From an uncultured Candidatus Saccharibacteria bacterium (GTDB taxonomy: Bacteria > Patescibacteriota > Minisyncoccia > Phycocordibacterales > PALSA-1337), in NCBI GenBank assembly GCA_964395365.1, contig CAYNAH010000004.1:1-27008 (forward strand): a DNA stretch of 27,008 bases, written 5' to 3'. The translations under genes were made by a program, and so were the position numbers. Shown here one piece after another: positions 17,133 through 25,916 of the stretch (its first letter is position 1; each line of letters begins with the position of its first letter). A model generated the notes under the pieces. The model made no database searches, was not told the DNA's origin, and saw only the letters and a list, made by a program, of their open reading frames with translations.

Positions 17133-18851
17133 ATGAGTGTTGTAGATATACTTTTTAACAAAAATCTCATAACAAAAGATGATATTGCAGAGATTAAAAA
17201 AAGAATCTCTAAGGGCGAAATTCTTGATCAAATTTTAATCGAGAAAGGTATACACCCAGATGACATCCTCGCTGCACATGGTGAATTTCTAAATATCCCA
17301 ACTAGAAGTCTAGGAGATGCTACTGTTCCATTTGAGGCCCTAGACTATATTCCTGAGGAATCAGCTTCACATTACAAATTTGTACCTATAGGTTTACAAG
17401 ATGGGGCACTTGAAGTTGGTATCGTTGATCCAGATAATATAGAGGCAAGGGATGCTCTTAACTTTATAGCAGCAAAGAATAATGTTCCATATAAAGTCTA
17501 TCTGATCACTCTAGAAGACTTTCAAAAGGTTCTGGGTTCATACAAGGGTATTGGTGGTGAAGTATCAAAGGCACTGACTGAACTCGAATCAGTTCTTTCT
17601 GTTGATAAGGCAGGAACTATTGATCTAAAACAAGATAATAAACCAGATAAAAAGGCTGATGCTGTAATCATTGAGGATGCACCCGTTGTTAAGATCGTTG
17701 CAACTATAGTTAGATATGCAACAGAAGGTAATGCATCCGATGTACACATTGAACATATGCGTGATAAGGTTCGTGTACGTTTCCGTGTTGATGGAACTCT
17801 AAATACAAGTCTTGTACTACCACCACAGGTGCATAACGCTGTAGTGGCTCGTATAAAGGTGTTATGTAATATGAAGCTTGATGAAAAGAGGAAGCCTCAG
17901 GACGGTAGATTCTCTGCAAGAATAGATGGTAGAAAGATAGACTTCCGTGTATCTACATTCCCTGCATATTATGGAGAAAAGGTTGTGATGCGTATTCTAG
18001 ATCAGGAAAAGGGTGTAAAGAAAGTTGATGATATGAGTTTAACACCAAAGAATCTAGAACTCATAAAAGAAGCGATTACGAGACCATACGGACTAATACT
18101 CATTACTGGCCCTACTGGTTCCGGTAAATCTACAACCCTGTATTCCATGTTAAATGAAGTAGATAGAGAGGGTATGAATGTGCTATCTCTCGAAGACCCT
18201 ATCGAATACAACATGGATGGTGTAAGTCAGTCACAAGTCCATCCAGAAATCGGATATACCTTTGCTGCCGGTTTGCGTACAACACTTAGACAAGACCCAG
18301 ACATAATCATGGTGGGAGAGATTCGAGACAAGGAAACTGCTCAACTAGCTGTACAAGCAGCTCTAACAGGACACTTGGTGTTCTCAACACTCCACACTAA
18401 TAGTTCTGCTGGAGTTATCCCGCGTTTGATTGATATGGGTGTGGATCCGTATCTAATTGCGCCAACTTTGATTCTAACAATCGCTCAACGTCTTGTATCT
18501 ATGCTACCTCCTAATGCTGGTAAACCAATACCAGTGGAGGGAAGTATAAAAATGATGATAGACAAGCAGTTTTCTGATCTTCCTGAACAGTATAAGAAAG
18601 ATATACCTATGACAAATACTGTTTATGGTATCGAACCTACACCTGATTGCCCTAAGGGAACAAGAGGAAGAATGGCGGTGTTTGAAGTATTTAAAATGGA
18701 TAAGGAAATTGAGAATGTTATCCTCAAGAGTCCAACAGAACTGGAGATCAGTAGACTACTTCGACAGAAGGGTATGTTAACAATGAAAGAGGATGCAATG
18801 ATAAAGGCATTCCAGAGACAGATTCCTTTTGAAGAAGTGAATAAGCTGTAG
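17133..18851 (+). CDS. pilB: PilB/GspE-family pilus extension ATPase
   Basis: N-terminal GspE/MshEN-like region, ASDVHIE, RKPQDGRF, Walker A GPTGSGKST, LEDPIEY, LRQDPDIIMVGEIRD, TGHLVFSTLHTN. Confidence 0.93.
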   Translation: MSVVDILFNKNLITKDDIAEIKKRISKGEILDQILIEKGIHPDDILAAHGEFLNIPTRSLGDATVPFEALDYIPEESASHYKFVPIGLQDGALEVGIVDPDNIEARDALNFIAAKNNVPYKVYLITLEDFQKVLGSYKGIGGEVSKALTELESVLSVDKAGTIDLKQDNKPDKKADAVIIEDAPVVKIVATIVRYATEGNASDVHIEHMRDKVRVRFRVDGTLNTSLVLPPQVHNAVVARIKVLCNMKLDEKRKPQDGRFSARIDGRKIDFRVSTFPAYYGEKVVMRILDQEKGVKKVDDMSLTPKNLELIKEAITRPYGLILITGPTGSGKSTTLYSMLNEVDREGMNVLSLEDPIEYNMDGVSQSQVHPEIGYTFAAGLRTTLRQDPDIIMVGEIRDKETAQLAVQAALTGHLVFSTLHTNSSAGVIPRLIDMGVDPYLIAPTLILTIAQRLVSMLPPNAGKPIPVEGSIKMMIDKQFSDLPEQYKKDIPMTNTVYGIEPTPDCPKGTRGRMAVFEVFKMDKEIENVILKSPTELEISRLLRQKGMLTMKEDAMIKAFQRQIPFEEVNKL

Positions 18852-18885
18852 TGATACTGTGTTATAATTGTGTCATAATATAACC

Positions 18886-19275
18886 ATGAATCCAAAATCA
18901 ATTCTTTTTGTAGATGATGATAAATTTCTTCTAGATATGTATGCTTTGAAGTTCTCAAAGAATAACTTTAAAGTGAATACTTGTGCTGGTACTGAAGAAG
19001 CTTTGAAAATGATTAGAGATGGTTTTGAGCCAGATGTACTTTTACTTGATGTAGTAATGCCAGGTATGGATGGTGTTGAACTACTCGCTACACTTAGAAA
19101 AGAGAATTTAATTAAAAAAACTACTGTAATCATGCTTACAAACCAAGGGTTACCTGATGATATATCGAGAGCGAAGAAACTTGGTGTTGATGGGTACATT
19201 ATTAAAGCAACAACTATACCTTCAGAAGTCTTAAGTGAAGTGGAGAAGATTTGTGCAGGTGTTGTAAAGAAATAA
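18886..19275 (+). CDS. Single-domain CheY-like response regulator
   Basis: ILFVDDD, LLLDVVMPGMDG, IMLTN, YIIKA. ATG at 18886. Confidence 0.92.
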   Translation: MNPKSILFVDDDKFLLDMYALKFSKNNFKVNTCAGTEEALKMIRDGFEPDVLLLDVVMPGMDGVELLATLRKENLIKKTTVIMLTNQGLPDDISRAKKLGVDGYIIKATTIPSEVLSEVEKICAGVVKK

Positions 19276-19284
19276 AATAAAAAT

Positions 19285-20343
19285 ATGGATTTTAAAAAAG
19301 ATATAGAAGAATTGGTAAGTACGGTGCTTAGAGAAGGTGCATCAGATTTGCATCTTTCACAGGGACGCGTGCCACATATACGTGTATCTGGAAATTTGAT
19401 ACCACTTGCAAAGAAATCTGTTAGTACTGAGGCTGATATGAAAGGGTATATAAATACCTTTTTAAGTGATGAGAATAAGGAGCTTTTAATGAAAGATAAG
19501 GATGTAGATTTTTCATATAGTTTAACAAATGCTCGTTTCCGAGGTAATGCATACTATCATCAGTCTTCACTATCTATCGCACTTAGACTCATTCCTAAAC
19601 AAATTAAAACTCTAGCAGATCTAAATCTTCCACCCATACTTGAATCTTTTACAAGAAAACAACAAGGATTCTTTCTGTGCGTGGGTCCAATTGGTCAAGG
19701 TAAAAGTACAACTCTAGCAGCTTTGATTGAAATCATTAATCAAACAAGAAGTGAACATATAATAACCATTGAAGATCCAATAGAATATATATATGAGTCA
19801 AAGAAATCTATTATTGATCAAAGAGAAGTAAGAATTGATACTCCAGATTTCAAGAATGCATTGATTGCCATGTTCCGAGAGGATATCGACGTTGCTTTGG
19901 TGGGTGAGATGCGAGATCCAGAAACTATATCTACTGCCGTAACCGCAGCTGAGACAGGACACCTAGTTTTCTCAACTTTGCATACCAATAATGCTGCACA
20001 GACAATAAACCGTATAATAGACTCATTCCCATCATCTCAACAGGATCAAATCAGAGTTCAACTTGCTGGAAGTATGACAGGTATATTCTCTCAGAGATTA
20101 ATTCCAAGAATTTCTGGTGGTTTGATTCCTGCATATGAATTGCTAATTAATAACGCAGCCGTTGCCAATTTAATCAGAGAAAAGAGAATTCATGAAATAA
20201 ATACAGTAATAGAAACAAGTTCAGGTGATGGAATGATAGATATGAATAGATCACTTGCTGAACTCGTAAGAAGGGGAGAGATAACAGTTGAGAGTGCATA
20301 TGTGAACTCATTTAATCCAAAAAATCTTGAACGAATGGTATAA
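19285..20343 (+). CDS. pilT: PilT/PilU-family retraction ATPase
   Basis: ASDLHL, Walker A variant GPIGQGKST, IEDPIEY, VGEMRD, AETGHLVFSTLHTN, AVANLIRE. Confidence 0.92.
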   Translation: MDFKKDIEELVSTVLREGASDLHLSQGRVPHIRVSGNLIPLAKKSVSTEADMKGYINTFLSDENKELLMKDKDVDFSYSLTNARFRGNAYYHQSSLSIALRLIPKQIKTLADLNLPPILESFTRKQQGFFLCVGPIGQGKSTTLAALIEIINQTRSEHIITIEDPIEYIYESKKSIIDQREVRIDTPDFKNALIAMFREDIDVALVGEMRDPETISTAVTAAETGHLVFSTLHTNNAAQTINRIIDSFPSSQQDQIRVQLAGSMTGIFSQRLIPRISGGLIPAYELLINNAAVANLIREKRIHEINTVIETSSGDGMIDMNRSLAELVRRGEITVESAYVNSFNPKNLERMV

Positions 20344-20355
20344 TATAATCAATAT

Positions 20356-21564
20356 ATGCTTTTTAACTATCAATCAGTAGACCAAACAGGTGCACCAAAG
20401 ACAGGATCAATAGATGCTGCAAATGTTGATATAGCAATTGCATCCCTGCAAAGAAGAGGCTTGGTCATCACATCAATTAATGAAGAGGGGAAGAAAGATG
20501 GTATTCTATCAATGAATATTAACTGGTTTGAAAGAGTGTCTAATAAAGACGTTGTGATCCTTTCTAGACAATTGGCTACACTCTTTGAGGCTCAGGTGTC
20601 GGCGCTACGAATATTCAGACTTCTAGGTGCTGAAGCTGAAAACAAGCTTCTAGGTAGAAACCTGGTTCAGATTTCTGATGATCTACAAGCTGGAAGTACA
20701 ATTTCTGCTGCCTTACAAAAACATCCAAAAGTTTTCTCTGAATTCTACGTAAGCATGGTTAAAGCGGGTGAAGAGTCTGGTAAGTTGAATGAAACTTTCA
20801 GCTATCTTGCAGATTACCTAGATCGTACATATGAACTTGTCTCAAAAGCAAAGAGTGCCCTTATATATCCAGCTTTCGTTATGATGACTTTTATTACTGT
20901 GATGGTTCTAATGTTCACTATGGTTATACCTAAGATTAGTGCAATTCTTGTTGATTCTGGTCAGGATATACCTGTATATACAAAAGTAGTGTTGGGGATA
21001 AGTAATTTCCTAGTTAATAATGGTTTTATAATGCTTGCAGTAGTAATTATCGGAGGATTCTTCTTGGTTAGGTTTATAAGAACACCTGCTGGTTCAGCGA
21101 TATTTGATCAATTCAAACTAAGTATCCCATATTTGAGTAATTTATATAGAAAGCTATACTGGGCTAGACTATCTGACAATATGAATACAATGCTTTCTGC
21201 TGGAATACCAATGATTAGATCTATAGAACTAACCGCATCCGTTATAGATAACAGTATATATAAGAAAATTATGGCAGATGCTGTTGAATCAGTTAAAGCG
21301 GGAAAAACTGTATCTGAATCTCTATCAGGAAATGGGGAAATACCAGGAATCATGATTCAAATGATGAGAGTTGGGGAGGAATCAGGAGAATTGGGAAATA
21401 TATTGAAGACACTGGCTCGTTTTTATGCTCGTGAGGTAACCACAGCAGTAGATGCTCTGGTAGATCTTATCGAACCATTGATGATTGTTATGCTCGGTCT
21501 CGGTGTAGCAACACTCCTTGCCTCAGTTCTTATCCCTATTTACAACGTTGCGAGTGCACAATAG
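20356..21564 (+). CDS. pilC: PilC/GspF inner-membrane platform protein
   Basis: Two T2SSF repeats: GEESGKLNETF...ALIYPAFV and GEESGELG...LIEPLMIV...PIYN. Confidence 0.93.
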   Translation: MLFNYQSVDQTGAPKTGSIDAANVDIAIASLQRRGLVITSINEEGKKDGILSMNINWFERVSNKDVVILSRQLATLFEAQVSALRIFRLLGAEAENKLLGRNLVQISDDLQAGSTISAALQKHPKVFSEFYVSMVKAGEESGKLNETFSYLADYLDRTYELVSKAKSALIYPAFVMMTFITVMVLMFTMVIPKISAILVDSGQDIPVYTKVVLGISNFLVNNGFIMLAVVIIGGFFLVRFIRTPAGSAIFDQFKLSIPYLSNLYRKLYWARLSDNMNTMLSAGIPMIRSIELTASVIDNSIYKKIMADAVESVKAGKTVSESLSGNGEIPGIMIQMMRVGEESGELGNILKTLARFYAREVTTAVDALVDLIEPLMIVMLGLGVATLLASVLIPIYNVASAQ

Positions 21565-21575
21565 CTAGATTTTAC

Positions 21576-21584
21576 TTATCCACA
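21576..21584 (+). promoter_or_regulatory. Perfect DnaA-box sequence TTATCCACA
   Basis: Exact consensus 9-mer between pilC and the first pilin. Single copy, function unproven. Confidence 0.4.
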
Positions 21585-21613
21585 CGGGGTATTTAACCTA
21601 TTTTCCTAGGTTT

Positions 21614-21622
21614 TGCTATAAT
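21614..21622 (+). promoter_or_regulatory. Extended -10 promoter of pilin copy 1
   Basis: TG-C-TATAAT, 53 nt upstream of the ATG. Confidence 0.55.
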
Positions 21623-21675
21623 TAGCGCCATAAGTTTAATTATTAAAGTTTATTATTTAGGTTAATTAATTCGTT

Positions 21676-22167
21676 ATGAAGAAAACATATTTACAAAGAG
21701 GATTTACATTGATTGAGTTGCTTGTAGTTATTGCTATAATCGGTGTACTATCTTCCGTAGTGCTAGCTTCTCTTTCAACAGCAAGAAACAAAGGAAAGGC
21801 TACAGCTGTTAAGAGTGGTCTAGCTAGTCTAAGAACACAGATGGAAATTAAAGCAAATGGTACCAATTATGGTACAGGAACAGTTGGTGTTGGAGACGAT
21901 GCTTGTAACCTTGCTGGTACAAATTACACAACAGCAGTAGATGCTGCTGCAGGTGCTATCGTAACAAACATCACTAGTAACCTATCAGCAGCTACAAACC
22001 TATACTGTTCAACTGATGCAGCGTCTGCAGCAACAAAGTTTGCAGCAGCAGCACTACTTCCAGATGGAACAGGAGTACAATGTGTAGATACTAGTGGAAA
22101 CACAAAGTTGTATGGAGGCGTAACTTCAGTCACAACAACACAAATCAACAACGGTGCTTGTATATAG
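21676..22167 (+). CDS. Type IV pilin (PilA-like), copy 1
   Basis: Class III signal QRG|FTLIELLVVIAIIGVL with E5. Four Cys; Thr/Ala/Asn-rich head. Confidence 0.95.
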   Translation: MKKTYLQRGFTLIELLVVIAIIGVLSSVVLASLSTARNKGKATAVKSGLASLRTQMEIKANGTNYGTGTVGVGDDACNLAGTNYTTAVDAAAGAIVTNITSNLSAATNLYCSTDAASAATKFAAAALLPDGTGVQCVDTSGNTKLYGGVTSVTTTQINNGACI

Positions 22168-22192
22168 TTATACAGTTAATATCTAAACCAAC

Positions 22193-22219
22193 AAAACTCC
22201 GCCCACAAGGCGGGGTTTT
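22193..22219. terminator. Bidirectional intrinsic terminator
   Basis: AAAACTCCGCC-CACAA-GGCGGGGTTTT, between the pilin and the convergent gene ending at 22227. Confidence 0.85.
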
Positions 22220-22226
22220 GGTTTGA

Positions 22227-23813
22227 CTAAATTGCGACTTCCATCACCTTTAATTCTTTGTCTGAGTATACTGTTTTTCTTATATATTTTTTCATATCCT
22301 TATTTAGACTATTTAATTCATTAGTGTTGAGCACTAAGTATTTTACTCCGTAATCGCGAACAGCTTTTTTGAATGTAATTTCATCACGTAATACATTTTT
22401 ACCGACGAACTCTCTTTCTTTTGAGTGGAGGTAGTAATATTCAAAATTAAGGGTCCATAATTGTTTTACGTTGGTAAATATCGGTACTAGGTTTTCAATG
22501 TTTGGTGACACTATTACACTATCAATTGGTAATTCTGATTGAATGAAGTTGAGGACAGGGGCATATTTTTGATTCAATATTGATTGTTGTAGATATAGGC
22601 CATATATCTGAGTCTGTACAATCAAACCATTTGTTGTTGTAATGAGTATAACCACAACCAGTATTATATTATTGGTTCTTACGTGCTTTATTGTTACATT
22701 CATAACATAACACACAAAAATTATAAAGATTGGGGTAATATAATAATTGTAGAAATGGAAGTATTGCACTACCATGCCCGATATTACATGCTGGTTTACA
22801 GCGACGAAGCAACTTGAAATGAGAGTCAAAATAAAGACCTCATTCGAGGTTAGTGTTTTGTTCTTTTTAATCCAAATTGATACTATTGCTAATAGTGTAG
22901 CTAAGATGCAAAGACCGTAATATGTGATATGGGGAACATGTGTACGTATTACACCGTAATCAATCATATTACTCTGGAATGGGTGTAAAACTAGTAAAAT
23001 TGAAGAGGTGATAATGGGTATTCCAATAAAAATTCCCATTACAAAAGAAAGCATAAAGTATATTGTACTTTTTTTATCCTTTTTATAAAAAAAATATAAA
23101 ATATAAATAACCATAATTGAGGTTATGAATAGGTAGGTATATAAATAAATATAAAACGATACTCCATACAACACACCTAATACTAAAATATTGAATCTCC
23201 TTGGGTCTCTGGTGACTGAAAGGAGATAATGTAGATAAGTGAAAAAGAAGATAGAGCTGAAAAGAGGATTTACAATTCTTGAATATAACATATAGTCAAG
23301 ATAATCTATTTTATCTAAAGTAATGATTGAAAGTATATTGGGTAGGTAGATTAAATCACGTACATTTATTAAGTTATTGCCTAATAGTATCAATAGCATT
23401 CCTGTTGATGACACACTCTTTTTTTGAGTTAGTCTATAAATTAATGAGTATATTAGAAGTGAAAGTATGACTGGTAATAAAAAATCATAAGTATACTTAA
23501 GTTGTGTAATTGATAAGCCGGTAAAAGTTTTCGGTATGGCAAGAAATATCGTCGAAATTGAAGTGTCAAAAAAGGGTAAATCCTTCTGCTCCATTTCAGA
23601 AAAAGGATTACATTTGAGCCAGCATCCTCTAGATGCGGCATTTATGCGTGACAGATAAAAATCATCAGAATCAGAATACATCATCGGTATGCCACGGTAA
23701 TTAGTATTATATACGAATAGTGTGTTTGGTAATGACAATACCAATCCTATAATTATCGCTAATATTATAGCCAAATAATGACTTTCAATTACTTTTATTA
23801 ACTTCCCAATCAT
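22227..23813 (-). CDS. Polytopic membrane protein, probable GT-C-fold glycosyltransferase (STT3/ArnT-like architecture)
   Basis: N-terminal TM, then DSDDFYLSR in the first external loop, about 11-13 TM helices, and a soluble C-terminal domain ending in YGVKYLVL. Co-transcribed with a GT2. Confidence 0.6.
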   Translation of the reverse strand: MIGKLIKVIESHYLAIILAIIIGLVLSLPNTLFVYNTNYRGIPMMYSDSDDFYLSRINAASRGCWLKCNPFSEMEQKDLPFFDTSISTIFLAIPKTFTGLSITQLKYTYDFLLPVILSLLIYSLIYRLTQKKSVSSTGMLLILLGNNLINVRDLIYLPNILSIITLDKIDYLDYMLYSRIVNPLFSSIFFFTYLHYLLSVTRDPRRFNILVLGVLYGVSFYIYLYTYLFITSIMVIYILYFFYKKDKKSTIYFMLSFVMGIFIGIPIITSSILLVLHPFQSNMIDYGVIRTHVPHITYYGLCILATLLAIVSIWIKKNKTLTSNEVFILTLISSCFVAVNQHVISGMVVQYFHFYNYYITPIFIIFVCYVMNVTIKHVRTNNIILVVVILITTTNGLIVQTQIYGLYLQQSILNQKYAPVLNFIQSELPIDSVIVSPNIENLVPIFTNVKQLWTLNFEYYYLHSKEREFVGKNVLRDEITFKKAVRDYGVKYLVLNTNELNSLNKDMKKYIRKTVYSDKELKVMEVAI

Positions 23814-24505
23814 TTCTTAAAGATTATTTTGTTTAAGTAAAATCCCACTACTTCTTTCCCGGCTCTGAAAATTACATGAAATTTTGCTCCCGTGGGGTTC
23901 CCGTGTATTCTTGCAAAATGCTTTACTGGCAATTCTTTAATTTTACAACCCTGTGATTTCATATTAAACATTAATTCTGGACTTATCATTGCACCACTGG
24001 AGATTAGTTTAATGTTCTTCAATTTACTAGCCTTAAAAAGTTTAAAAGCACAATCAATATCTTTATAATTAAGACCAAAAAGTAATTTGTTTATCTTGTT
24101 CCAAATCCAAGCATTTATTAATCTAATAATCGGATCATTCCTTTTGTATCTGTATCCTACAACCGCATCATATTCAGGAATAAATTTAATAAATTCGCAC
24201 AATTCATTTGCATCGAATTGCAGATCAGAGTCAGTGATAAAAATGTAATCATACATAGTACTTCTAATACCACTTTTTAGCGCTTCTCCGTAGCCAAGAT
24301 TATTTTTATGATTGACTATCACTAGGTTTTTAGAGTCGATACTGTTTAATATCGAACTAGTTCTATCAGTTGATCCATCATTCACAACAATTATTTCAAA
24401 TTTATCACATATTGATCTAGAGACGTCGATTAATGTTTTTACCGACCGATCTATGTTTTCGGCTTCGTTATATGCTGGTAATACTATAGATAATGAATAT
24501 TTCAT
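23810..24505 (-). CDS. GT2 glycosyltransferase (polyprenol-phosphate sugar synthase, DPM1-like)
   Basis: SIVLPAYNEAENI, IIVVNDGSTDRT, NLGYGEALKSG, DSDLQFD, DIDCAFKLF. ATGA overlaps at both ends. Confidence 0.93.
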   Translation of the reverse strand: MKYSLSIVLPAYNEAENIDRSVKTLIDVSRSICDKFEIIVVNDGSTDRTSSILNSIDSKNLVIVNHKNNLGYGEALKSGIRSTMYDYIFITDSDLQFDANELCEFIKFIPEYDAVVGYRYKRNDPIIRLINAWIWNKINKLLFGLNYKDIDCAFKLFKASKLKNIKLISSGAMISPELMFNMKSQGCKIKELPVKHFARIHGNPTGAKFHVIFRAGKEVVGFYLNKIIFKK

Positions 24506-25230
24506 TTTTTTGTACATACAAGGTAGCAGGATACTCCAAAGGGGAATGATATAGCAGGAAGGAAAGCTAACTCTGATTTGAAGATGTTATACATAATGTA
24601 ATTGGTTAGTGAATTCCCTAGATTATTCTCCGATTTGATATCTATCCGAAATACTCTAACAAGTAGACGAAATATTGCTATTGGTAAAAACAAGAGAAAA
24701 TTGAAGTATGATGAATCTAATATTATTAAACTCTGATTAACAACTAAAGTTCTAATTTCTTTCAATGTATACCTTCTAAAATGTTCGCTAACTACATCAG
24801 TGATTCCCCAAAGAAACATAAAGCAGGGAACAAATACAATTATTTTCCCATTCGGCTTCAGTATCCTTCTGGCTTCTTGCAGAACTCTGCTATCGTTTTT
24901 TGTATGTTCGAGTACATCGAGTAGTAGTACCATATCGAATGAATCGTCAGAGTATTCTAGGTTTTCTATGTCACTAACTTTTACGTTATTTAACCCCTTG
25001 TTCTTGCAAAATTCAATTGCATCTTTAGAGATATCAACACCATTAACCATGCCGTATCCCTGAAGCTCCGTCATCAACAGTCCTGTCCCACACCCAAGGT
25101 CAATAATTTTCAGGTCGTTTTTGTTCGGGAAGTGCTGACTGACTAGTTTATGAATCAGCTGTCTTCGTACTCTATACCACCAGTGTTTCTGTTCGGTTTC
25201 GTTAATAATCTCATGATGAGTCTTTCTCAT
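24502..25230 (-). CDS. Class I SAM-dependent methyltransferase (Methyltransf_11)
   Basis: EQKHWWYRVRR, IIDLGCGTG, FDMVLLLDVLEH, RILKPNG, FPFGVS. Confidence 0.92.
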   Translation of the reverse strand: MRKTHHEIINETEQKHWWYRVRRQLIHKLVSQHFPNKNDLKIIDLGCGTGLLMTELQGYGMVNGVDISKDAIEFCKNKGLNNVKVSDIENLEYSDDSFDMVLLLDVLEHTKNDSRVLQEARRILKPNGKIIVFVPCFMFLWGITDVVSEHFRRYTLKEIRTLVVNQSLIILDSSYFNFLLFLPIAIFRLLVRVFRIDIKSENNLGNSLTNYIMYNIFKSELAFLPAISFPFGVSCYLVCTKK

Positions 25231-25328
25231 GGTATAAGTACTTTATCATATTACATAAGCAGCGAATAGGCATAGATTCAGGGTGTTTATAACTACAGAT
25301 ATCGTGTATATACCTTAAATTCACCATA

Positions 25329-25337
25329 TGTTACAAT
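25329..25337 (+). promoter_or_regulatory. Extended -10 promoter of pilin copy 2
   Basis: TG-T-TACAAT, 35 nt upstream of the ATG. The surrounding sequence differs from the copy 1 promoter. Confidence 0.5.
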
Positions 25338-25372
25338 TGCAAATGTATTAGTTAATTAATTTATCGTATCTT

Positions 25373-25864
25373 ATGAATAAAACATATTTACAAAGAGGAT
25401 TTACATTGATTGAGTTGCTTGTAGTTATTGCTATAATCGGTGTACTATCTTCCGTAGTGCTAGCTTCTCTTTCAACAGCAAGAAACAAAGGAAAGGCTAC
25501 AGCTGTTAAGAGTGGTCTAGCTAGTCTAAGAACACAGATGGAAATTAAAGCAAATGGTACCAATTATGGTACAGGAACAGTTGGTGTTGGAGACGATGCT
25601 TGTAACCTTGCTGGTACAAATTACACAACAGCAGTAGATGCTGCTGCAGGTGCTATCGTAACAAACATCACTAGTAACCTATCAGCAGCTACAAACCTAT
25701 ACTGTTCAACTGATGCAGCGTCTGCAGCAACAAAGTTTGCAGCAGCAGCACTACTTCCAGATGGAACAGGAGTACAATGTGTAGATACTAGTGGAAACAC
25801 AAAGTTGTATGGAGGCGTAACTTCAGTCACAACAACACAAATCAACAACGGTGCTTGTATATAG
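25373..25864 (+). CDS. Type IV pilin (PilA-like), copy 2
   Basis: Identical to copy 1 except K2N in the leader, so the mature proteins are identical. Confidence 0.95.
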   Translation: MNKTYLQRGFTLIELLVVIAIIGVLSSVVLASLSTARNKGKATAVKSGLASLRTQMEIKANGTNYGTGTVGVGDDACNLAGTNYTTAVDAAAGAIVTNITSNLSAATNLYCSTDAASAATKFAAAALLPDGTGVQCVDTSGNTKLYGGVTSVTTTQINNGACI

Positions 25865-25889
25865 TCATACAGTTAATATCTTAACTAAC

Positions 25890-25916
25890 AAAACTCCGCC
25901 CACAAGGCGGGGTTTT
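25890..25916 (+). terminator. Intrinsic terminator (identical to 22193-22219)
   Basis: Same hairpin and T run. Confidence 0.85.

Larger units (their letters stand above)
21674..22225 (+). repeat. 552-bp direct repeat, copy 1 (pilin + terminator)
   Basis: Matches 25371-25922 (offset 3697) except at 21681, 22169, 22185 and 22189. Confidence 0.95.

Noticed and set aside
544-25848. Remaining short ORFs in the track nested in or antisense to assigned genes
   Set aside because: All overlap well-supported genes and show no family motifs.
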